Positions 35,096 to 43,268 of a stretch of 64,000 nt of DNA are shown here, piece after piece. The DNA lies in the NCBI GenBank assembly GCA_964370845.1, contig CAYJLB010000008.1:552-64551 (forward strand), in the 5' to 3' direction. The position numbers and the translations under genes were made by a program. Within the stretch, counting starts at the first letter, position 1, and each line of letters starts with the position of its first letter. The DNA comes from an uncultured Oscillospiraceae bacterium (lineage in GTDB: Bacteria; Bacillota; Clostridia; Oscillospirales; Ruminococcaceae). The notes beneath the pieces were generated by a model. The model was not told the DNA's origin, did not search any database, and saw only the letters and a program-made list of their open reading frames with translations.

Positions 35096-36265
35096 TTATT
35101 TTATTCCGCCAAATTTTTTATCTTTTAGCAAATTGTAGTTGGCTGTAATTCTTTCGATTACATATTCATCTGTAATTCCTGTAAATTCTTTAATCGCATC
35201 TACAATTCCAACTTGGGAAATTTTATTTTGAAGTTCTACAGCTTGAGGGTCGTTTTCATTTACATAATTTAATGCTGCACCCGCTCCAATCATTAAATAT
35301 TCCACTGGCAAACCGTAATTATACGCTGTGAGCATTGGATTTACCAAACGGTCAGTAGCGCTTAATTTACGAAGTGGCTCACGTCCTACACGTCCAACAT
35401 CGTCTTTTAAGTAGTGATTTTTAAAACGGTTTATAATTTTGTCAATATATTTTAAATGAGCTTCTTTGTCTAGTCCGTGTTTTAAAACTAGTCCATTTCC
35501 ACTTTCTGTCATTGCCATTTTTACAATATTGTAAATTGTAACGTCATTAATACTCTCGTCAACAGTGCTGTAACCTTTTAAGTTTCCAAGGTAGGAAGTG
35601 ATTGCGTGCCCTGTATTTAATGTAAACAATTTTCTTTCAATGTAAGCAAGTAAGTCGCCAGCTAAGTTCATTCCGTTAATTTTAGGAATTTCGCCTTTGA
35701 AAGCTTTTTCTTCAACATTCCATTCATAGTATCTTTCTACAACAACATCGATTATATTCTCACTTTTTACTGGAGGAACAATTCTGTCAACAGAACAATC
35801 TGGGAAGCCGATATATTTATCTGCATAAGCCTTAATTTCCTCTGACAATTGTTCATAAACAAGGTCTTTTAGCACACTACTTCCACGAACTGCATTTTCA
35901 CAAGCGATAATGTTCATATAATCGCTAAGCCCTTTTTCAAAACGCAAAGCAATACCTTTTGCAATAGTTGGAGCAACAAATTTCAACACTGTAAGACCTA
36001 CAGCAGTAGTTAAAATTTCACTTTCAGCAATAAATTCAATTAATTTTTCATCATTTGAGTGAACTGCGCTTACATTTGTAATAACTTCGGTAGTACATTC
36101 TACGTCCATAACGTGAATTGTATAAGTTTTATCCTCATTAATTTTAGCTAAAACTTCTTCATTTACATCGGCGAACACAACGTGATACCCCGCTTGTGAT
36201 AACAAAGCTCCGATAAAACCTCTCCCAATATTACCTGCACCTAATTGAATAGCTTTTTTTGACAT
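35096..36265 (-). CDS. mtlD: mannitol-1-phosphate 5-dehydrogenase
   Basis: N-terminal Rossmann motif QLGAGNIGRGFIG, ~389 aa. Start ATG 36265 behind AAAGGA; the ORF opens at 36286. Confidence 0.9.
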   Translation of the reverse strand: MSKKAIQLGAGNIGRGFIGALLSQAGYHVVFADVNEEVLAKINEDKTYTIHVMDVECTTEVITNVSAVHSNDEKLIEFIAESEILTTAVGLTVLKFVAPTIAKGIALRFEKGLSDYMNIIACENAVRGSSVLKDLVYEQLSEEIKAYADKYIGFPDCSVDRIVPPVKSENIIDVVVERYYEWNVEEKAFKGEIPKINGMNLAGDLLAYIERKLFTLNTGHAITSYLGNLKGYSTVDESINDVTIYNIVKMAMTESGNGLVLKHGLDKEAHLKYIDKIINRFKNHYLKDDVGRVGREPLRKLSATDRLVNPMLTAYNYGLPVEYLMIGAGAALNYVNENDPQAVELQNKISQVGIVDAIKEFTGITDEYVIERITANYNLLKDKKFGGIK

Positions 36266-36297
36266 AATGATATTCCATCCTTTCACTTTTTAATTCT

Positions 36298-38325
36298 CTA
36301 TTTAAATGTTTTTCCTAGATATGTAGTTAGATGTTGATGCAGAATTTCTTCAAGTTTTGAGTAAATTCCGCTTTCATTTTCTTTTATAACTTCTGAAAGA
36401 AAATCCTCATCTTCAATTAAATTTGCACTAACAAGACCTATCGCCTCTCTCAATTCTTCAGAAGAATTTTTTGGAAGCAGTATTGTTAAACAAGATTTTG
36501 CTTCATCACCATTTGCGTTTACAATTTTTTTCCCTTGCGGAGATAAAAGTGCAACTGTAGGTTGGTCAACGCCATCGCTTACACAATGGAGCAAAACAAG
36601 CTCTAATTCAGAAATAAGTTGAGTGGAAATTTCCTCCCTTTTTACTAAGGCATTATAGATTTTTTCCCCGTTTTCTGCACTATAACCAAAATGATAACCC
36701 GCAACCTTAGCTAAATGTTTAACACTTTCCCCTTCATCAACCTCTATTTTCTTAAAATTAGTTAAAATACTTTGCACTTCTTTTAAAAGCAACCTTGTTT
36801 TTTCAATTTGTGAAATAAAATTCTCACTATTACTACTTTTTATCTCATAATTATTTGAGCGTAAAGTTTCTATTGTATCTCTTATATTTTCATAATCTTT
36901 TGTGGACAAAATTGGATTTACATTAATAACTATTTTTTCATCAGATTGAAGTGGAATAGTTGAAATAATAAAATCGTTTTTCTCCCACTGTTCCTTATTA
37001 TTATACTCGCTTATTTCTGTAATAACTTCATTTGAAAATCGCTTTTTCACTTGGCTATTAAGCATATAAGAAACGCCAATTCCGCCAATACAAACAATTC
37101 CCACTTTTAATCTTCGTTTTAATTTATCCTGTCCAATTTGCATAACTGCTGCCCCAAAATGGGTAGCTAAACAGGCAACTTCACCCTCAGGGACACTCCT
37201 TGAAAATTCTTCTTCCAAAATTTTAGTAGCATTTTTTGTACGGTTATAAATATCGGGATAATTCTTCTTAACCTGCCCGTCTAAAGGGTCTTTTATAACA
37301 TAACCGCTTTTTAATCTTTCGATTGCCGACCATAAATGAATTGTTATTCCACGGATAAATTCCTCATTATTTTTCAAAATTGGAGCAATTCTTGAGTCAA
37401 ATTTTTCTACTATTAAAAAAGCTAAGCTTTTCACTTTATTAAAATTAGCAATTTCTTCATCTTCGCTAATAGGGTTCTTTTGTTTAGCTCTTGCAGAGCG
37501 TAAATCAGTTGCAATCATCATAACTTCCGACTTAGGAATTTCAATTGCAAACCTATTTTCAATCTCATCAGCAATTCTTTTTGCAAGTTGCCAAAGTAGA
37601 CTATTAAAAGGAATATCGCTTTCCTCATTTATTATAGCAGCTTTCTTTATCCTTGAAACCTGAACGCAAAGCCTGTACTCAATAAGTTTAATTGTGTCAC
37701 TTGTAATCCAGTCAAGTTGCATTGATAAAAGAGATATAACATTTTTAACTTCTTCTTCAATATAAGCTGGCGGAAAATCATATTTTACCGACAAACTTTC
37801 AATGTTATGGCTGTCTTTCGACATATAAGAAACTAGAGCGGAACGGATATTTCTTTCAAGACCCTCAACTAAAACGCCAACACCTTTTTTCCTTTGAATA
37901 ACAAGATTAAATCCTGCGAATTCCTCTTGCAAAATATCAAGGTCAAGGCTAATTGTCGCTTCACTTACCTCAAGCATACTCGAATAATAGTAGAGTTTTT
38001 GCCAATCCGTACTATCTAATAAAGCAAATGCGAGAGCTTTTCGGCGTTCATCTTTATTAACAGAGGAAATTCCATTAGTATTGAAAATTTCTCGGGAAAA
38101 AGTGTCTATATTTTCTTTTTCACCCTTTAAAAACAAACCTTCTTTAATACTTGTTTCAAGGGTTAAATCGTACTTTTTAAGCACACTATCAACATTTTCT
38201 AGTTCCCTAAAAACAGTTCGTCTGCTTACTCCAAGTAAAGAAGAAAGTTCCCCAATACTCACAGGTTTTCCCTTATCTAAAATTATTTGAAATAACCGTG
38301 TAAGTCTTTGCGAGATTACTTGCAC
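36298..38325 (-). CDS. mtlR: MtlR-like PRD-domain transcriptional activator (HTH - PRD - EIIB-like - EIIA-like)
   Basis: 675 aa, N-terminal HTH GELSSLLGVSRRTVFRELE, central PRD-like helices, an IVCIGGIGVSYML segment (EIIB-Gat-like), and a C-terminal EIIA-like tail. Directly upstream of mtlD. Confidence 0.8.
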   Translation of the reverse strand: MQVISQRLTRLFQIILDKGKPVSIGELSSLLGVSRRTVFRELENVDSVLKKYDLTLETSIKEGLFLKGEKENIDTFSREIFNTNGISSVNKDERRKALAFALLDSTDWQKLYYYSSMLEVSEATISLDLDILQEEFAGFNLVIQRKKGVGVLVEGLERNIRSALVSYMSKDSHNIESLSVKYDFPPAYIEEEVKNVISLLSMQLDWITSDTIKLIEYRLCVQVSRIKKAAIINEESDIPFNSLLWQLAKRIADEIENRFAIEIPKSEVMMIATDLRSARAKQKNPISEDEEIANFNKVKSLAFLIVEKFDSRIAPILKNNEEFIRGITIHLWSAIERLKSGYVIKDPLDGQVKKNYPDIYNRTKNATKILEEEFSRSVPEGEVACLATHFGAAVMQIGQDKLKRRLKVGIVCIGGIGVSYMLNSQVKKRFSNEVITEISEYNNKEQWEKNDFIISTIPLQSDEKIVINVNPILSTKDYENIRDTIETLRSNNYEIKSSNSENFISQIEKTRLLLKEVQSILTNFKKIEVDEGESVKHLAKVAGYHFGYSAENGEKIYNALVKREEISTQLISELELVLLHCVSDGVDQPTVALLSPQGKKIVNANGDEAKSCLTILLPKNSSEELREAIGLVSANLIEDEDFLSEVIKENESGIYSKLEEILHQHLTTYLGKTFK

Positions 38326-38487
38326 TATCGCTCCCCCTTTCTTATTAAAATATTTATCTTATTCAATTATATCACATTGTTTATAGCAATTCAATACAAA
38401 GAAAAATAAGTTTGTCACACTTTTTTGTGACATATTATTGTTTAATTTTTAACAAAGTTTATTTAACCATTTTACTAAGAAAAACCA

Positions 38488-38516
38488 TTGACAAAAAGAC
38501 GAAATTACTATATAAT
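38488..38516 (+). promoter_or_regulatory. sigma-A type promoter
   Basis: TTGACA (38488-38493), 17 nt, TATAAT (38511-38516). Confidence 0.6.
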
Positions 38517-38561
38517 TTTAAAGGTTTTGATATATTTTTTTATCAGAAATAACTTTAAACT

Positions 38562-39527
38562 ATGGGGGATAATATGAACTTAAGAACAAAAAAACTTGTT
38601 GAATTTGCACAACAACACAACTTAAATTTCGACAACAGCACACTTTCTGTTTACGGACATTTCCAAGGATTTGACGTAATAATCAACCGAATCAACAACC
38701 AAAACTTTAACATTTTTATGAGCCTTAGAAGCTATTCAGGGGCATTACAAAAAGATGAATTTAAGCAATTTACTAAAGAAACAAAGGAACTTTTTAGCGC
38801 TCAAGTTAATAATGGTCAAACTGTAACTTTTACAACTACTAGCGGACTTAGCGATAAAGGTTGCTTTGAAAAACTACATTTTGGACTAGTTAAAACAGTG
38901 GAATTCTTAAGAACTTCTGGTTACACAAGCGTTTGCCACGGTTGTTCTGACGAAAAAGAAACTTCTGCAACTGTGATAAATGGACATGGATTTCAACTTT
39001 GCGATAGCTGTTTTGATAACGTTAGCCAAAGTTTAAGCGAAAAAGATCAAGCTGTTGCTGAAAAATCCGAGAACTACGCATTTGGTATTGTTGGCGCGTT
39101 AATCGGCTCATTAGTCGGTGTTGCTTCTATTGTTATAATCGGTCAACTTGGCTATGTTTCAGCAATTTCTGGTTTAATTATGGCTGTTGCTACGTTAATG
39201 GGTTACGAAAAATTAGCTGGAAAACTTAGCAAAATAGGCATTATAATTTCCCTTGCTATTATGGCAACAATGGTTTTCGTTGGAAACAGATTGGACTGGG
39301 CATTTGCTATTGCAAAAGAATTTGAAACGGATATTTTTGATGCCTTTGCGTCAGTTCCAGCTTTAATTGAATACGCTGGTGCGGAATCTGATTACAACAC
39401 TAACCTTATTATGATAGGGATTTTTGTGTTAGTAGGTTGTATTGGACCAGTTATAAACGCATTTAAAAATCCACTGAAAAAGTCAAAAATTGTAAAACTT
39501 ATGTCAAGAAGTCAAGTGCAAATCTAA
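38562..39527 (+). CDS. hypothetical protein: cytoplasmic alpha/beta N-domain + CxxC..CxxC zinc-ribbon + 4-TM C-terminal domain
   Basis: 321 aa, CHGCSD..(16)..CDSC, then four hydrophobic helices. Has its own promoter and terminator. No family recognised. Confidence 0.6.
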   Translation: MGDNMNLRTKKLVEFAQQHNLNFDNSTLSVYGHFQGFDVIINRINNQNFNIFMSLRSYSGALQKDEFKQFTKETKELFSAQVNNGQTVTFTTTSGLSDKGCFEKLHFGLVKTVEFLRTSGYTSVCHGCSDEKETSATVINGHGFQLCDSCFDNVSQSLSEKDQAVAEKSENYAFGIVGALIGSLVGVASIVIIGQLGYVSAISGLIMAVATLMGYEKLAGKLSKIGIIISLAIMATMVFVGNRLDWAFAIAKEFETDIFDAFASVPALIEYAGAESDYNTNLIMIGIFVLVGCIGPVINAFKNPLKKSKIVKLMSRSQVQI

Positions 39528-39544
39528 ATTATTTAATATACTAA

Positions 39545-39590
39545 AAAGGTTATTACGAAACTAAAATATGTTTCGTAACAACCTTTTTGT
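39545..39590. terminator. intrinsic terminator (GTAACGAAAC-type hairpin)
   Basis: AAAGGTTATTACGAAAC-TAAAATAT-GTTTCGTAACAACCTTT followed by TTG. Confidence 0.75.
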
Positions 39591-39620
39591 TTATTTATTT
39601 ATACTCGCACTTTTTTGTAA

Positions 39621-39838
39621 CGGGAGGGCATGGAAACCCTCCCCTACAAAATCGCGTGAACTTTGTAGCCACTTTATCAAACCTTTGCGTGTCCGCCAGC
39701 GGGGGCTTCCCGCCAACGTCACGTTGCCTTATATTAATTTATTTGTCAAACTATAACCTCGCAGAAACTATTTCCCCTCTTGCACTTTGTATAGTGCGGG
39801 CATGGATGCAACGTCACGTTGCCTTTTGTTGTTTAATT
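39621..39838 (+). repeat. two units of the GC-rich intergenic repeat family
   Basis: Terminal palindromes at 39713-39727 (cCAACGTCACGTTGC) and 39808-39822 (GCAACGTCACGTTGC). Internal hairpins GGGAGGG-N8-CCCTCCC and CTACAAA-N11-TTTGTAG. Confidence 0.8.
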
Positions 39839-40503
39839 TTCATCTTTTTCCAACAAATAAACCCGTAAATATCATTAATAAAAAACATTATAAAGCAAAT
39901 TATCATTGTCAAATAACTGCTGTTTTCTATTGTCGCTAAAGTCCACAAAGCTATTAAAACTAAGTCATTAAGCCCATAAGCAACCGCATAATATTCGCTT
40001 CTAAGAAAAGTTAACGACGCAGCTACGAAGCTTGTCAAAATCGACAAAGTGCTAAGAAGCAAATTTGCTGTGTTAAAATAATCTAAAATAAAGTAAAAGG
40101 CGGTTGTCACAACTATCGCTAAAACTACTAAAGCCACAATTTTTTTCTTTGTAATGTCAGCAACCGCAACTTCGCTTGAATTGTCCGAATATGGGTTTTT
40201 AAGCCATTGTATTAGGGACAAAAGTGCCATGGGGGCAGTCATTCCGATGTAAGTCAAAACCTCTCCATAATAAGCAAAACCAAAAGAAATCGCTCCATAA
40301 AAAAGGCTGAAAACTATAATCAAAAACTGTCCGAAAGGGTGTCCTTTAGCCAAATAAATTAACGAAGAAACTCCTATCAATGAAGTTATTAGTGATGGGA
40401 GGTAAAAATTTTGCCCCAAAATAGATGAAATTGTGATAACTGCAACTGAAACAAGCCAAATTGTTACATCAATTTTGTTTAGGCAATTCAAATTTTTAAA
40501 CAA
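39814..40503 (-). CDS. pnuC: PnuC-family nicotinamide riboside transporter
   Basis: 229 aa, about 7 TM. Segments LRSEYYAVAYGLNDLVLIALW and FFINDIYGFICW resemble the conserved PnuC motifs (..NxYGWxxW). Assignment is by eye. Confidence 0.7.
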   Translation of the reverse strand: MFKNLNCLNKIDVTIWLVSVAVITISSILGQNFYLPSLITSLIGVSSLIYLAKGHPFGQFLIIVFSLFYGAISFGFAYYGEVLTYIGMTAPMALLSLIQWLKNPYSDNSSEVAVADITKKKIVALVVLAIVVTTAFYFILDYFNTANLLLSTLSILTSFVAASLTFLRSEYYAVAYGLNDLVLIALWTLATIENSSYLTMIICFIMFFINDIYGFICWKKMKIKQQKAT

Positions 40504-40526
40504 TATAATTTTCCTTTCAAAAAAAG

Positions 40527-41219
40527 TTACAGCAAAAGCTCAAAAGCAAACCTTTGTGTTCCGTCTGCAACATAAATTATTCCGCAATATAAAAAGTCGT
40601 TTTTCTTGACAAAATTTAACATTGGAACATTTTCTTCATGGGTGTCAATTCGCAAATTACAACCCTTTTCTACAGCCTTAACTTTTGCAAAATCAAGGAT
40701 TTTTTGTGCAATTCCTTGATTTTTACAATCGAGTTTCACCGCGACTCTATGCAAAACTCCGTAGTCTTTATCCGTTTTCCATTCACCGTCAAAAATTTTT
40801 TCATAAGTCGGCTCATCGGAAAAAGTTAATGCAAAATATCCCTTAACTTCCCCGTCATCATAGACAAAAGCCATATCATTTTTTATGTCATTTTCAATAG
40901 AATTTTGGTTTGGATAACCCTTTTGCCACTGGTCAATTCCACTTTTTTTGAAATTTTCAACAGCTCCATTTATAATATCAACAATTTTTTCCACATCGTT
41001 TAAACAAGCTTTTCTTATCGTCACATTTTTCTCTTTAAGCAGCCATTTTTCTAAATTTTGTGCTCCTGAAAACTGTTCTTCACTCAAAAATTCAGAGCAA
41101 GTTGCCTTTAATCTGATTAAAAACCACTTTGACAAATCCGCTTTTTCAAATGTATTTTTTCCAAAGATTTCAATTAATTTATCAGAAAAATCCTTTTCAA
41201 TTTGTGTTAATTCAGCCAT
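40527..41219 (-). CDS. GNAT family N-acetyltransferase
   Basis: Acetyl-CoA binding motif HRVAVKLDCKNQGIAQKILDFA (Q/RxxGxG/A type), 230 aa. Confidence 0.8.
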   Translation of the reverse strand: MAELTQIEKDFSDKLIEIFGKNTFEKADLSKWFLIRLKATCSEFLSEEQFSGAQNLEKWLLKEKNVTIRKACLNDVEKIVDIINGAVENFKKSGIDQWQKGYPNQNSIENDIKNDMAFVYDDGEVKGYFALTFSDEPTYEKIFDGEWKTDKDYGVLHRVAVKLDCKNQGIAQKILDFAKVKAVEKGCNLRIDTHEENVPMLNFVKKNDFLYCGIIYVADGTQRFAFELLL

Positions 41220-41383
41220 TGATTTTCTCCTAAAAATAAAATTTCATACTAGACAATTATAACACAATTTTCTTTTAAGTCAATCAAAATATTAATTTTC
41301 AGTTTAAAGTTTGAAAAATAATATTTTTCAAACCGCAGTTTTGTGCTATAATTAAGTTGGGAATTTATTTTTATTTAATAAAA

Positions 41384-41609
41384 GGCAAGAGCAGAGCCCT
41401 TGCACTACAGGAAATCCGACCTCGTGGAAACAAATCATCTCATTTATCAACGTAAAAACGCAGGCATAACAGCGGGGTTGCCCCGCCAAAGTCACGTTGC
41501 TTTTTGTTGTTTAATTAGCCAAACCATAACCTCGCGGGTAGATTTTTTCTATTTCACAACGTAAAAACGCGGGCATAACAGCGGGGTTGCCCCGCCAACG
41601 TCACGTTGC
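41384..41609 (+). repeat. two units of the GC-rich intergenic repeat family
   Basis: Units at ~41384-41500 and ~41517-41609, each ..acctcg.gg..caacgtaaaaacgc.ggcataacaGCGGGGTTGCCCCGCcaa.gtcacgttgc. Same orientation as 39621-39838. Confidence 0.85.
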
Positions 41610-41658
41610 GAAAGTTTTTTTCGTTTTAAATCGTTTACTTTATAAAGGAGGAGATATT

Positions 41659-42156
41659 TTGAATGATAAAGAACTCGAACTATACATCGAAACCCTTATA
41701 AATCAATACTCTGACACTGTTTTAAGACTAAGTTATAGCTACTTAAAAAGCCTTGAAGATGGAAAAGATGTCACCCAAAATGTGTTCATTAAATTATTCA
41801 CCAACCCGCAAAAATTCAAGGACAAAAACCACGAAAAGGCTTACATATTGCGAATTACTGCAAACTTATGCAAGGATTATTTGCGTTCAGCTTGGAGGAA
41901 AAAAACTATGCCACTTGACGAATGTAGTGACATTGTTGCACCTCTAGAAAGTGAGGAAAACAGCATGATTTTTGCGGTAAATCAACTCGATTCTAAGTAC
42001 AGAATTGTCATTTATTTGCATTATTATGAGGGTTATAAAGCTAGGGAAATCGCCAAAATTTTAGGCGTTCCAGTGGCTACAATTCACACCAGATTAGTCC
42101 GTGGCAGAGATAATTTAAAGAAAATTTTAGGAGGAAACGATTTTGAAACGTTATAA
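41659..42156 (+). CDS. ECF-subfamily RNA polymerase sigma-70 factor
   Basis: Region 2 and region 4 features (..AREIAKILGVPVATIHTRLVRGRDNLK). I place the start at TTG 41659, 8 nt after GGAGGAG. The ORF-track extension to 41587 runs into the repeat. Confidence 0.88.
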   Translation: MNDKELELYIETLINQYSDTVLRLSYSYLKSLEDGKDVTQNVFIKLFTNPQKFKDKNHEKAYILRITANLCKDYLRSAWRKKTMPLDECSDIVAPLESEENSMIFAVNQLDSKYRIVIYLHYYEGYKAREIAKILGVPVATIHTRLVRGRDNLKKILGGNDFETL

Positions 42157-43228
42157 AGAAGAACTTGACAAAATTCAATTTACCGAGCTTGATAAACTTG
42201 ACTTAATCAATCACGTTAAGGCGAACAAAAACACCAAAATTTACAGAAAACCACACTTGTCTTTTGCAAAAGTTGCCGTTATAATCGTTGCAATTTCATT
42301 GCTTACAATTACAGCTTACAGCACTGGAATTACTGATTCTGTGCGGGAAATTTTTGCGCCTATACTTGGAACAAACCTTACACAAACAGAAATTATTGAC
42401 GATATTGGACACCCTGTTGACGCTAGTGCTACTGTGAACGGAATTACAGTTTCCGCCCAAGCTGTTGCTGGTGACAAGAACAACGTATACATTGTTTACT
42501 CTGTGAAAACTGAAAATGGTGAAGCTTTTAATTTGCCTGAAGGAATTTCTATGAATAATTTGCACTTCGTCAATTCACATGGAATTACTGAAAATTTATA
42601 TTTTAACTCTATAGAATTTTCCGATATTTTGAATGGATATTTTATCACAGACGCTACTCACTTTATTTTAAATCAATATTTTGAGGGTATTGGAAGTAGT
42701 TCAGGTTTTACAAAAACTCAACCTATCGATGGTGTTGACAACGAATTTCAAATTATCGAAGAAGTTACAATTGATGGAAGTCTTTTAAACAGGCTTGTAA
42801 AAGCGACTTTTACCGACCTTGGATATTATGATAGATCTACACAAAAAAGCGTAATTCTTTTTGAGGGAACTTGGGAGTTTGAATTTAGGCTTACTTACAA
42901 CAATACAAGCACAGTTTATCGCATTGACAAGGATTTCACTTTGACAGAAAACCCTTATGGAATAACAGATTTTTCCATTTCACCGCTAGGTTATAGGCTT
43001 AATTATAGAAACAACGATGGACTTGAATTGATAGATAGCAATTCCGTTTCTATAACAAAAAAAGATGGAACAGTTATTACTAATTTTGAGGGTGGTTTTG
43101 GTTCAGGTGTAAGCAGAAACGGAAAAGATGTCTTAGGCGATATGCACGGGGAATTCGGGGAAATTATCCCTCCAAATGAGATGGAGAGCATTACCATTAA
43201 TGGCGAAACTATACTTTTAAATAAGTAG
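42143..43228 (+). CDS. anti-sigma factor-like membrane protein (DUF4179-type)
   Basis: Overlaps the sigma gene by 14 nt. It has a short cytoplasmic N-terminus, a single TM (VAVIIVAISLLTITAYS) and a large extracytoplasmic domain. Confidence 0.7.
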   Translation: MKRYKEELDKIQFTELDKLDLINHVKANKNTKIYRKPHLSFAKVAVIIVAISLLTITAYSTGITDSVREIFAPILGTNLTQTEIIDDIGHPVDASATVNGITVSAQAVAGDKNNVYIVYSVKTENGEAFNLPEGISMNNLHFVNSHGITENLYFNSIEFSDILNGYFITDATHFILNQYFEGIGSSSGFTKTQPIDGVDNEFQIIEEVTIDGSLLNRLVKATFTDLGYYDRSTQKSVILFEGTWEFEFRLTYNNTSTVYRIDKDFTLTENPYGITDFSISPLGYRLNYRNNDGLELIDSNSVSITKKDGTVITNFEGGFGSGVSRNGKDVLGDMHGEFGEIIPPNEMESITINGETILLNK

Positions 43229-43268
43229 CAAAAAAGAGGAAACAAATTAATGTTTCCTCTTTTATTAT

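Noticed and set aside
41610-41658. An ECF-type autoregulated promoter (GAAAG-17-CGTT) just upstream of the sigma-factor gene, partly formed by the repeat end.
   Set aside because: The match to ECF -35/-10 consensus (GAAC..CGT) is weak and such short motifs occur by chance. There is not enough support to list it as a feature.
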